The notes under the pieces were generated by a model. It searched no databases. It was not told where the DNA came from and saw only the letters and a program-made list of their open reading frames with translations. The translations under genes were made by a program, and so were the position numbers. Positions 1-12,171 of a DNA stretch of 27,402 nt are shown in pieces (the first letter of the stretch is position 1; every line of letters begins with the position of its first letter). The DNA is from Octopus sinensis. Its lineage: Eukaryota. The stretch covers positions 1 to 27,402 of the forward strand of contig NW_021824671.1 in assembly GCF_006345805.1 (NCBI RefSeq), given 5' to 3'.

Positions 1-633
1 ATTGTAAAACACAGCATCGTATAACAAAACCATTCGCACCGAAAGCATAATATATCCTCCTGGAATATATATAGATAAATATTTGTTTTATCTTTCTGTT
101 TCTGCCCATTTTTCAATGAGCTTGTTAAACTTTTTATATTCTCAACATACTGTTGTCACCAAAGACTGTATATTTATATGGATTATAGACTCTGTGTCAA
201 CCAATATTCTGTGCATGTTTGAATATACAGATACAGTACCAATATCAATTCCTTCTGGAAACTATCTTAAGTATGTCCTTGAGAACGATTATTATGCAAT
301 CTTTTGTGCCCAATATTTTAAGGAACTTGTTGAACTTTTTTATGTCCTTAACATGTCCCTGTTACCAAAGACGTATATATATATGTATGTAGCAATTTGC
401 AACAACCATATTAACGCAACCAAACTTCCACATGTTACTTTTGACAATCTTTTTCCAGAGAGTGAAACCGGTAAAGTAAATAACAACTCTTTTAAATTGC
501 ATTTTCAAACCTTTTTCGTATATAATTCCACTCGTGCGGTACCCACAACTCCACTTGTTATAGTATATTATAATATATAATATATATATATATATATAAT
601 ATATATATATATATATTATATATATATATATAA

Positions 634-673
<40 letters not shown>

Positions 674-685
674 GTGTGTGATCTC

Positions 686-1810
<1,125 letters not shown>

Positions 1811-1833
1811 CACACATTTTGTGTCACTTATTT

Positions 1834-2058
1834 TTTGTATGCTTAGTGCTTATTGTATCGGTCTCTTTTGCCGAACCACTTAGTCATGAGGACGTAAACA
1901 CACCAACATCGGTTGTCAAGCGATGGTGGGTGGGGGACAAACACAGACGCTCAAACATATACATATCTATATATGACGGGCTTCTTTCGCTTTCCGTCTA
2001 CCAAATCCACTCACAAGGCTTTGGTTGGCCAGGGGCTATAGTAGAAGACACTTGCCCC
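1834..2058 (-). mobile_element. SINE family B internal fragment
   Basis: Matches the B body from ...tattgtatcggtctcttttgccgaacc to ...gtagaagacacttgccc; head and tail are missing. Confidence 0.85.
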
Positions 2059-2109
2059 CAAAGTGTATTTCTCTCCCTTATCTTCTGTCCCCTCCTATCA
2101 GTCAGAGTG

Positions 2110-2273
2110 TCAGTGTGTACGATGGGTAGTAGAGTCCTCCACTCTTGAAGGATTGATGTGGCTCCTCTTCAAAGTAGCCTTCATCTCATCTTTATGCTTT
2201 TTTGTTGTTGTTGTTTTGGTCTTCCTGCCAAGCGATGACCATGGAGTACCTGGTCCTCTAGTAAGGTTTCATA
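2110..2273 (-). pseudogene. RTE-clade LINE ORF C-terminal remnant
   Basis: Minus-strand translation with one frameshift gives YETLLEDQVLHGHRLAGRPK.../HKDEMKATLKRSHINPSRVEDSTTHRTH. This fits the RTE C-terminal pattern (G.R..GRP....KD..K..LK...I....E....R). Confidence 0.55.
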
Positions 2274-2404
2274 CGTCACACACACAAACATACACATACA
2301 CGCACACACGCACACACACACACACACGCACAGACATTATACACACCGACAAGTACATTGTATTAATATATAGACCAACATGCGCATTGATATATATGTG
2401 TATA

Positions 2405-2645
2405 CTCTTTACTCTCTTTTTACTCTTTTACTTGTTTCAGTCATTTGACTGCGGCCATGCTGGAGCACCGCCTTTAGTCGAGCAAATCGACCCCGGGGCT
2501 TATTCTTTGTAAGCCCAGTACTTATTCTATCGGGCTCTTTTGCCGAACCGCTAAGTGACGGGGACGTAAACACACCAGCATCGGTGTCAAGCAATGCTAG
2601 GGGACAAACACAGACACACAAACACACACATACACACACACACAC

Positions 2646-2682
<37 letters not shown>

Positions 2683-2900
2683 TATATATATAGTATATAT
2701 ATATATATAATATAATATATAATATATTATACATATATACGACAGGCTTCTTTCAGTTTCGTCTTACCAAATCCTCTCACAAGGCATTGGTCGGCCCGGG
2801 GCTACAGCAGAAGACACTTGCCCAAATGCCCCGCAGTAGGACTGAACCCGGAACCTGTTGGTTGTAAGCAAGCTACTTACCACACAGCCACTCCTGCGCC
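2405..2900 (-). mobile_element. SINE family B, full length (tRNA-like head, CORE-like segment, internal microsatellite, LINE-like tail); candidate for the octopus CORE-SINE class (OR2-like)
   Basis: Head ggcgcaggagtggctgtgtggtaagtagc...gggttcagtcc, then CORE-like ttgggcaagtgtcttc, an internal (TA)/(TG) tract and a (gagtaaaa)n tail. Flanked by a 10-bp TSD tatgtgtata at 2395-2404 and 2901-2910. The OR2 name is from memory and unverified. Confidence 0.9.
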
Positions 2901-3369
2901 TATGTGTATATTTGTTTGTATGTGTATATATGTGTGCAAGTGAGCACTTTAAAAATCTAATTAATCAGTTAGGAATGTTTGGAAACCATTCATTTGACAG
3001 TTCACACATATCTAATTGCAACAGAACATCCATTCTCCCCCCCAGTTCATTCCCCCCTCTATCTATTTACCCATCTATCAACTTCTCTGTCTGTCTACAA
3101 ATGCAGGTATTGTCCTCCGCTGAAGAAGGAGTGCCCGCTAGGTTCTTATGCATGTCACGTAGACCAAATGTCTGGCTTTAACCCCACCCTAATAAAACCA
3201 GAATCGCTTCATGCTCCAACTTATGTATGTAGGCATCTATGTAATTTTGCATGTATATGTACGTATGCATGTATGCATGTATGCATGTATGCATGTATAT
3301 ATATATATATGAATGTATATATGTATGCATGCATACAGTATTAGAAACATACACGGTTTGATTCCGTGG

Positions 3370-3594
3370 CGAGCTGGCAGAAACGTTAACACCCCGGGCG
3401 AAATGCTTAGCGGTATTTCGTCTGCGTTACGTTGTGAGTTCAAATTCCGCCGAGGTCGACTTTGCCTTTCATCCTTTCGGGGTCGATAAATTAAGTACCA
3501 GTTACGCACTGGGGTCGATGTAATCGACTTAATACCTATGTCTGTTCTTGTTTGTCCCCTCTGTGTTTAGCCCCTTGTGGGTAATAAAGAAATA
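3370..3594 (+). mobile_element. SINE family A, single copy with TSD
   Basis: A-box-like tggcagaaacgtta, B-box-like gagttcaaattc, body gaggtcgactttgcctttcatcctttcggggtcgat, ending aataaagaaata. A 15-bp direct repeat ggtttgattccgtgg lies at 3355-3369 and 3595-3609. Confidence 0.92.
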
Positions 3595-3643
3595 GGTTTG
3601 ATTCCGTGGAAAAATCTCGCTTATATTTTTCCATCTTGAGAGT

Positions 3644-3644
<1 letters not shown>

Positions 3645-3680
<36 letters not shown>

Positions 3681-3681
3681 A

Positions 3682-3712
<31 letters not shown>

Positions 3713-3965
3713 TAAGTATGTATATAAAACCATGTCATCTCCAGCTGCACAAATACTTCAGTTAAATGGAGCCGCTTGAAACGGTCGTACAGCATTACTA
3801 CTGGGTATCCTGTTGCTTATTTTGATAATATATTATATATATATATAATATATTATATATATTATTATATATATATATATATATATACACACTCATATCT
3901 ATTCTCTCTCTCTATATATACACATATATATATATATATATATATAATATATATACTATATATAT
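3645..3965. repeat. (CA)n and (TA)n microsatellites
   Basis: Direct reading. Confidence 0.9.
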
Positions 3966-4552
3966 ACTTAATCACTTATTACGTATTCTCGCCATTCTCC
4001 TTTTTTTTGTCTGTATGTTAGTTTATTGTTATTGTTGTTGATTGTCAAAAAACAATTATCTGGAAACATTCCTAACTTGGTGCCTAATTAAGTAATTTTT
4101 GCCAAGCTAATTAACGTCCATTTAATGTTAAGTATGTCTGTGTGTGTGCCTGCGCGTGTGTATTTTGGAGTTATAGATTCCACGTTGCTGTTGTTGATGA
4201 TTATGATGGTGTTTGTTGTTTTTGTTTCTATGTAACTCCATCTCCATGTCCACCCCCACCCCCCAGTCAGTCCTCGACTAAAAATCCTACAGACCATACG
4301 TAGAACCCTAGAAGTGTTGGCTGACCCCTTGTTACGGATCAGGGAAGGTTTCTGAGAATATATAATTTTTTCTCTCTCCTTCAAAAAAAGGAAGGGCCTG
4401 TCCCTACCACAAAATGTCAACATCCTCTTCTTCCCAGCCATACAAACATCCTTCTCAGATCCCTCCCTGTTGAGTGGTGGTCTTAATCCGTCTCCCGCTT
4501 AACAATTCCCCTTTGTCCTTGTGTGCCCTTAATGCACATTACTCCGTTCTGT

Positions 4553-4920
4553 CTTCCTTCCATTGTTCATAGAAATCCTGGAAAAAGAGCCAAGGGTTCA
4601 GTCTTTCTCTTGATTAAGGCCTCTGCCTAAAACTTCGATATCACCTTGGTCCTTGGGTGTCCTTAGTTAAGTTTACACCGTTGAGTCATTCAGTCCAGAG
4701 TTCTAGTTTGTAGAGATCTTCGTCCCCTTCTTCCTTCCACTCATCCCGGAATCCATGGGAAAAAGGGCGAGGAGCACTGCTCTTCTTCGCCTGGTTAAGG
4801 GTTACTCCCAAACTGCCAAAATACCCAAGTCCTTGGGTGTCTCCGAGTACAGATTACTCTGTTGAACCATTCAGGCCTTGTTTCCAATTTGGGGAGAAAA
4901 TACTCTTTCTTTTCCTTCTG
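4553..4920. repeat. Degenerate ~180-bp tandem repeat (two units plus a partial upstream unit)
   Basis: gtccttgggtgtc at 4649 and 4829 (period 180). Also recurring: ttccttcca, tgattaagg/tggttaagg, and gttgagtcattcag/gttgaaccattcag. Confidence 0.6.
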
Positions 4921-4964
4921 CTCGTCATGATACCCTGAAAAAATTTTTTAAAAAAGGGTCAGAA

Positions 4965-5280
4965 GGACAGAGAGACAGACTGATGGACTGACGGACTGAC
5001 AGAGAGACTGACAGACAGAGAGACTGACAGACAGAGACTGATAGACAGAGAGACTGACAAAGTGACAGTCAGATAGGAACTGAAAGACTGACAGATCGAT
5101 ATACATTAAGACTGACCGACTGACAGACAGATAGACAAATGGAGAGACAGAAAGACTGACAGACAGACAAACAGATAGACAGACCGACTGACTGATATAC
5201 AGAGAGACTGACAGAGACTGACAGACAGACTGACGGAGAGACAGGGAAACAGACTGAGAGCTTCACAGATAAAATAGAGA
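4965..5280. repeat. Compound GACA/GACT/GAGA tetranucleotide repeat
   Basis: Recurrent gactgacagacaga(ga) units. Confidence 0.9.
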
Positions 5281-5288
5281 AACTATCA

Positions 5289-6264
5289 GGCGGCGAGCTG
5301 GCAGAATCGTTAGCACACCGGGCGAAATGCTTTGAGGTATTTCGTCTGCCGTTACGTTCTGAGTTCAAATTCCGTCGAGGTCGACATTGCCTTTCATGCT
5401 TTCGGGGTCGATTAAATAAGTACCAGTTACGTACTGGGGTCGATGTAATCGACTTAATACCTATGTCTGTCCTTGCTTGTCCCCTCTGTGTTTAGCCCCT
5501 TGGGGGTAATAAAGAAATAGGTATTTCGTCTGCCGTTACGTTCTGAGTTCAAATTCCGCCGAGGTCGACTCTGCCTTACATCCTTTCGGGGTTGATTAAA
5601 TAAGTACCAGTTACGCACTGGGGTCGATATAATCGACTTAATACCTATGTCTGTCCTTGTTTGTCCCCTCTATGTTTAAGCCGCCTTGTGGGTAAAAAAA
5701 AATAGGTATTTCGTCTGCCGTTACGTGTCTGAGTTCAAATTCCGCCGAGGTCGACTCTGCCTTACATCCTTTCGGGGTTGATTAAATAAGTACCAGTTAC
5801 GCACTGGGGTCGAATATAATCGACTTAATACCTATTCTGTCCTTGTTGTCCCCTCTATGTTTAGCCCCTTGTGGGTAGTAAAAGAATAGGTATTCGTCTG
5901 CCGTTACGTTCTGAGTTCAAATCCCGCCGAGGTCGACATTGCCTTTCATCCTTTCGGGGTCGATTAAATAAGTACCAGTTACGTACTGGGATCGATTAAT
6001 CGACTTAATTAATCCGTCTGCTGTCTGTCCTTGTTTGTCCCCTCTATGTTTAGCCCCTTGTGGGTAGTAAAGAAATAGGTATTTCGTCTGCCGTTACGTT
6101 CTGAGTTCAAATCCCGCCGAGGTCGACATTGCCTTTCATCCTTTCGGGGTCGATTAAATAAGTACCAGTTACGTACTGGGATCGATATAATCGACTTAAT
6201 CCGTCTGTCTGTCTGTCCTTGTTTGTCCCCTCTGTGTGTAGCCCCTTGTGGGCAGTAAAGAAAT
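5289..6264 (+). mobile_element. SINE family A head followed by five head-to-tail ~185-bp body copies
   Basis: A single ggcggcgagctggcag head at 5289. Units start ggtatt(t)cgtc at 5336, 5520, 5705, 5889 and 6078, each ending aaaga(a)ata. Confidence 0.95.
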
Positions 6265-6469
6265 AAGATTGGTAGAGAAACTGACACAGACGTGACAAAT
6301 GCTTGCCAGACAGAAGACTGTTGAAGAGAATCGAGGGCAATATTCAAGCGCCATTTAAAGCAGATGTTATGGTTACTGAAGCACCAGGGACCAGGAGGTC
6401 TATAATGGATGGTAATATGGGGGCTGTGTGGGTGGGGTTGAGGGTGGTGCAGAGGACTACTTCTTCAGT

Positions 6470-6520
6470 ATAGCACTCGAACCCACGAACACGGAAAGAC
6501 GGGCTCTGACCACTAGGTGG
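6470..6520 (-). mobile_element. Possible decayed tRNA-derived SINE head
   Basis: Minus strand reads cctagtggtcagagc...gggttcgagtgc (A-box-like and B-box-like); no recognisable body. Confidence 0.3.
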
Positions 6521-6574
6521 CGGCGGCTGTGGTGATGGTGGTGGCGGTAGTGCTGCGCCAGTTGGATGGATGAA

Positions 6575-7138
6575 GTCTACAACCACCACTGCTTCAGCCA
6601 CCACCACCACCACCACCGCCACCACAACCAGCGCCTCCACCATTAATACCATCGCCATCACCACCCCCACCACCTCCATCACTGTCACCGCCTCCGCCGT
6701 CTTCACAACAGCCACCAGCGTCGGCACCGCCGTCGCCGCCATCACCACCATCACCACCACCAACATCAACTACCATCGCCTCCATCGCCTCCATCGCAGT
6801 CATCATCGCCATTTCCACCGCCAATGCACCTGCCGCCAATGCGGCTAATGCGGCCAATACCGCCGCCGCCGCCGCCACCAGCACCGGCACCACCAGCGGC
6901 AGTAGCACCACCACCACCACCACCACCACCACCACCACCACCACCACCACCACCACCACCACCGCCACCACCACCACCACCCCACCACCACCACCACCAC
7001 CACCACCACCACCACCACTACCGCCACCACCACCACCAATTTTTGCACAATGCCCAAACATCTCTCACCTCAACACCCATCGTTCACACGATTTTAAAGA
7101 TTATTTTGCTAAAATATTTGCAAGTGTGCCGGTGATGG

Positions 7139-7213
<75 letters not shown>

Positions 7214-7225
7214 CGATGATGGTGG
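6575..7225. repeat. GC-rich (CAC)n/(CGC)n low-complexity tract followed by (GAT)n at ~7134-7222
   Basis: Direct reading; source of the poly-P/H/T/G/V/W ORFs. Confidence 0.93.
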
Positions 7226-7334
7226 GCGCAATTCGTGAGCACGTAATTGGTATGTAGAAGTTATATACGCCTAAATAGGGTATAGAAATTAATTACTATT
7301 TAATATACACTCAGTCAAAAAGATAAAAACAAGG

Positions 7335-7699
7335 GAGAATGTGTGTGAGTGTGTGTATGAGTATGTGTATATGTGAGTGTGTGTGTATATATATATACAC
7401 ATATATATATATATACATACATTATACACGCATGCATGTATGTATATATAGGTATATGTGTGTGCGAATATATACATACACACGCACACATAATACATAC
7501 ATACACACACACACACATATATACTTACAGTGTAAAAAGAGAAAGTGTGTGTGTGTGTATATGTGACAAAGTTCCAATGATTGTGTTGTGTGTGTGTGTT
7601 TGTGTGTGTGTGTGTTTGTGTGTGTGCTAGAGCCAGACATAAATAGGTAGATAGATAGAAAAATAGATAAGTGTATAAATAGATATATAGATAGATAAG

Positions 7700-7752
<53 letters not shown>
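7335..7752. repeat. Microsatellite cluster (TG/TA/CA/GATA/GA), paralogous to 10682-10920
   Basis: Shares the non-repetitive spacers tgtgcgaatatatacataca and tacagtgtaaaaag..aaagtg with 10701-10770. Confidence 0.75.
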
Positions 7753-7755
<3 letters not shown>

Positions 7756-7900
7756 CGTACCTTGTTCATATTTTCAAAGCATTTAATCATTTTAATAAAT
7801 CTATATACATTTGCATTAATGCAACATTAGTACAGATGCACCCATTTTCTACACGCTTGTTTGCACAAAATCCCTGTAAGTGCGGATATATGTGGAGGAT

Positions 7901-7949
<49 letters not shown>

Positions 7950-7970
7950 GTATACATTTTCCAATCAATT

Positions 7971-8006
7971 CTTTCCGCCCAAGAGCGTAGGCTCGAAACG
8001 TCAACG
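7971..8006 (+). ncRNA. Decayed minimal hammerhead-ribozyme-like motif (Penelope-like element terminal remnant)
   Basis: ctttCCGCCCA-a-gagc(gtag)gctc-GAAA-cg-TC-aacg. Stem II, GAAA and a GUC cleavage triplet are present, but the CUGANGA core is mutated. Same scaffold as 23154-23188. Confidence 0.5.
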
Positions 8007-8136
8007 TATTTTCCAATCTCTCCAAAGCGTTGTTTTGTCTTCGTGTTTTGTTTTGTGTAAATTTGAACCTTATCCATCCATCCATCCACCCATACATACA
8101 TACATACATACACACACACATACATACATACATACA

Positions 8137-8169
<33 letters not shown>

Positions 8170-8197
8170 GCATACATACGTATATACATACATATAT

Positions 8198-8236
<39 letters not shown>

Positions 8237-8639
8237 CACATATGCTACAAGATTGTCCCAGAGAGACAGGCCACTGTACATAAGAACAAAGTTCACAGGA
8301 AGAGGAAAGTTCTTATGAGACGGCATACAAACACAGCAAACCGTCTAAACAGAAAACTCAACGGCAGTGAAATATCCTGCCTGGAAACATTTCTGCTGGA
8401 GATTGAGGAAACCATGAAACGTTTCCATGAAATAGAAAGAGCAGACAAAGAAGCCTGGGTTATAAAAAATATTAAATCAAACCCAAAAGCCTTCTTTAAG
8501 TATGCCCACATGCATTGCAGGGTAGGGCCACTTCTCCAAAAGGATGGTTCCCACACAAGAAGCACAATGAGGATAAATGAAACACCGAATGAACAATGCA
8601 AAAGTGTTTTCATCCCAACCCTTACAGCACATGCAGCAA

Positions 8640-8832
8640 GATCTTACAGCACATGTTCAAGATCTCCATTTCCAGCAACTTCGAGGGTCACCTCCCAGTA
8701 GTGTCGGGTGTCAACGAAGAGCCCTCGACTACTACAAGACGGCCAAAGTTTTTTTTTTCCAAGGTCTGGGGTCTCCCGCCCCTAAGCCCTAGACCATCAC
8801 CTAATCACCCTTACCCGTCTTGTTGCTTAACA
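8640..8832. mobile_element. Unclassified ~193-bp insertion inside the CR1-group LINE
   Basis: Flanked by a 16-bp direct repeat acagcacatgcagcaa (8624-8639, 8833-8848); the LINE reading resumes after it. Confidence 0.6.
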
Positions 8833-9696
8833 ACAGCACATGCAGCAAAACCTGTAAAGTTCTTTAACACTGCAGATGTAAAAATGGGAGGCAGTAACAG
8901 TTGATTACAGCAATGTCGAAGAAGAGGATGTAACACTGGCAAGAGATGACGGAGACACAATCTCAGTTGTTGGTCCAGATGGATTCTCAGCAATCCTTCT
9001 GAAATCATGCAAACGAGCCCTTGCAAAACCACTTGCAAGTGGTAAGCTCCCACGTACACTGAGGGAGGGAATAATGTACCATATTCCACAAAGGTGGATG
9101 CAGAGCTGATGCTAAAGCTATAGGCCTATCTCTCTAGCCTCACACGTCAACAAAGTCATGGAACGAATAGTCCGAAGGAAAACTAATTGCAGTTCCTGAA
9201 GAGGATGACTTGCTGACTGACGCCCAGCGATGTCTTCGATCAGGTAGAAGCTGTCTGACACAGCCCTTGCAGCATTATGGCTGGGTCTTAAAATAGTTGC
9301 CCAACATTTCAAATGTGGACATGATATATCTCGACTTTGTAAAAGCTTTTGACTAAGTCAACCATGGTATGATATGTCACAAGCTGCGTATCTCGGCATA
9401 GTCGGAAAACTCGGAGAGTGGCTACCCGACTTTCTAAAACATAGAAGTCATGTAGTGTTGGACAACGGAGCTACCTCCAGGGAAGCGCAAATAATGAGTG
9501 ATATTCTACAGGGCACTGTTTTGGGGCCGCTGCTATTCATAGTGGCCCACTCAGACATGCCATCAGCTGCTCTGATAGCCACCCTTGATAGCTATTCAGA
9601 TGACATAAAAGTCTCTCGAAGAATACAGAACCCTGGAGATGCTGCACACCTGAAAACGGAGTTGGATGCAATATACAGGTGGATTGAGACAATATA

Positions 9697-9927
9697 GGCG
9701 GCGAGGTGGCAGAACCGTTAGCACCCCGAGCGAAATGCGTGGCCGTATTTCGTCTGCCGTTACGTTCTGAGTTCAAATTCCGCCAAGGTCGACTTTGCCT
9801 TTCATCCTTTCGGGGTCGATAAATTAAGTACCAGTTACGCACTGGAGTCGATGTAATCGACTTAATCCGTTTGTCTGTCCTTGTTTGTCTCCTCTGTGTT
9901 TGGCCCCTTGTGGGTAGTAAAGAAATA
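9697..9927 (+). mobile_element. SINE family A nested in the CR1-group RT region
   Basis: Full head and aaagaaata end. TSD ggattgagacaata (9681-9694) / ggattgaggacaata (9928-9942). Removing it restores ...YRWIEDNNMQLN.... Confidence 0.93.
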
Positions 9928-10386
9928 GGATTGAGGACAATAACATGCAGCTTAATGCTGGAAAATCCCAAGCCCTGCGTTACCTACAAACGAGGCTGAA
10001 CGAGGTGCAGACAGGTAACACTGGTTCGGAAAGGATTGCAGTCGGTGAATCAAAATCAGTGAGAGACCAGGGAATTGACATGAACCCAATATTGTAATAG
10101 CTTGGGATTGAAAGAACCACACCTTTTTTTAATGCCCTGCCACAGAACATCAGGGATCTGCAAGGTGTAGACATGGAAGTCTTCAAAAAACGCCTAGACA
10201 GTTTTTTTTTAAATCTGCAATTCCGGATGAACCCACTTCGTGGCAGGAGGCACGATGAAGAGCGGCTACGTCCAACTCGCTACTTCACCAGAAGCAATAC
10301 TGGAAAAATCCCCCGGATGCAATAAAGGCGGTGCCCCAGCATGGCCTCAGCCTCTGGCTGAAACCCATTAAAGATAAAAGATAAAA

Positions 10387-10414
10387 CACACACACACATA
10401 TATATATATATATG

Positions 10415-10446
<32 letters not shown>

Positions 10447-10448
10447 TG

Positions 10449-10512
<64 letters not shown>

Positions 10513-10630
10513 TATACACACACACATACACACATACATATATACATACATACACACACACATACATACATACATACAACAAACATACATACATACATAC
10601 ATACATACATTATACACGTGTATGTATGTA

Positions 10631-10671
<41 letters not shown>

Positions 10672-10783
10672 GTATGTATGTAAGAATGTGTGTGTGTGTA
10701 TGTGCGAATATATACATACATGCATTCATACAGTGTAAAAAGGAAAAGTGGGTGTGAGTATATGTGAGAAAGTGCCAAAAATA

Positions 10784-10816
<33 letters not shown>

Positions 10817-10862
10817 CAAGAAAAAGTCATAAAGGGATGGAAAGATAGAAAGATAGATGGAT

Positions 10863-10925
<63 letters not shown>

Positions 10926-10960
10926 AGACAGTGAAAGAAAGAGAGGGAGAGAGAGAGAGC
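10387..10960. repeat. Microsatellite cluster (CA/TA/TATG/CT/TG/GA)
   Basis: Direct reading. Confidence 0.93.
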
Positions 10961-11281
10961 CGAGCCCCTGCACGTCGTTAGAACATTTAATTGTCGTCTA
11001 CTGTTTCCAGAAGCTGTGAAACAGTATTAGTGCATGTTTTACTCGTAACAACACCCACACCGAAACTAGTTAAAAGGTCATCCTGTCATCGTGTCACTGT
11101 TTGCCATCCATACATAGCTTAGATCCTCATCACTCATTTGTATACGACATCCCTTCTACTCATCTGTCTCTATTCATTAGTCTTTTGTTGTTGTTTTTTA
11201 AACTCTTTTCTCTCCATCTTTCTGTTTTTCCGTCTCTCGGTGTCTCTCTCTGTTCATCTTTCAGTCTCTGTCTAACCAGCT

Positions 11282-11438
<157 letters not shown>

Positions 11439-11559
11439 CTTGCCCTCCCCCCACCACGTCCATCTCTCAGCCTCTCATTTGCTCTTTATCCCTGTCCGTC
11501 TCTTCCTTTCCCTTTTTTTCACTTCCATCTAAACCACATCACCACCACAACAACAACAA

Positions 11560-11662
11560 CAGCAGCAGCAGCAGTCGCAGCAGCAGCAGTCGCAGCAGCA
11601 GTCGCAGCAGCAGTCGCAGCAGCAGTCGCAGCAGCAGTCGCAGCAGCAGTCGCAGCAGCAGT
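11560..11662. repeat. (CAGCAGCAGTCG)n 12-bp repeat derived from a CAG tract
   Basis: Seven TCG interruptions, mostly 12 bp apart, preceded by (CAC)/(CAA) tracts. Confidence 0.92.
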
Positions 11663-12171
11663 AATAGTTTGTTGTTGTTGTTTAACCCATGGTCACCTGT
11701 GATCAAAGGGACCTATGATCCATGATCAAAGACGCCTCCCCCCAGCCCCACCTATTTAACGTTGACCCCCCTCCCCATCACATATCAAACACGGATAACA
11801 TTATCTAATGCATTATATCCGGTTTGAGGTGTGAAAGATGGTGGTGGTGGGGGGGGAAGAAGGTTTCGGCTTTAGACTGGTTTAAATGCTATTTTTAGCA
11901 TGTCGAGCGCGACCAGACAGACAGACTTGAAGGCTTCTTTGATGGCTTCGCTGAAAACCGAGTCGAAATGTAGGGTAAAGACAGGAACTTGGGAATAAAA
12001 GCGGAGAAGGATTGCGTTGAAGGTAATGCAAAAACGATTCTCAGAATGAAAGACTGACGGTTTTTTAATTACAGTTTCTCAATAACAACCATATCAAAAA
12101 AACAAAAAAAAAACAATGCAAAGAAAAAGAAAAAACAACAAAAAAAATTCCATTAACGTTACGCACGTCTG

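Larger units (their letters stand above)
8248..10386 (+). mobile_element. CR1-group non-LTR retrotransposon, 5'-truncated and decayed (RT region plus native 3' end)
   Basis: Translated fragments: IKSNPKAFFKYA..RVGPLLQKDGS; GPDGFSAILLKSCKRALAKPL; YRPISLASHVNKVMERIVRR; GRSCLTQ; DMIYLDFVKAFD; QGTVLGPLLF; SYSDDIKV (decayed YADD); WIEDNNMQLNAGK; [33 protein letters not shown]. Has stops, frameshifts, an internal deletion near 10085-10120 and two nested insertions. Clade assignment within the CR1 group is approximate. Confidence 0.9.

Noticed and set aside
1-60. Minus-strand GYIMLSVRMVLLYDAVFYN after a tccag acceptor-like site (LYDAV recalls ANF-receptor-type domains)
   Set aside because: A five-residue resemblance at the window edge is not enough evidence for an exon.
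83-580. 165-aa plus-strand ORF
   Set aside because: AT-rich, starts at a non-ATG codon, has no recognisable domain, and overlaps a degenerate repeat.
5289-6264. CRISPR-like or satellite-like regular array
   Set aside because: The units are whole ~185-bp SINE bodies with no unique spacers; the context is eukaryotic and has no cas genes.
11670-11960. Possible additional decayed repeats after a (GTT)n tract
   Set aside because: There is no second copy, TSD or coding signal within the window to support a call.
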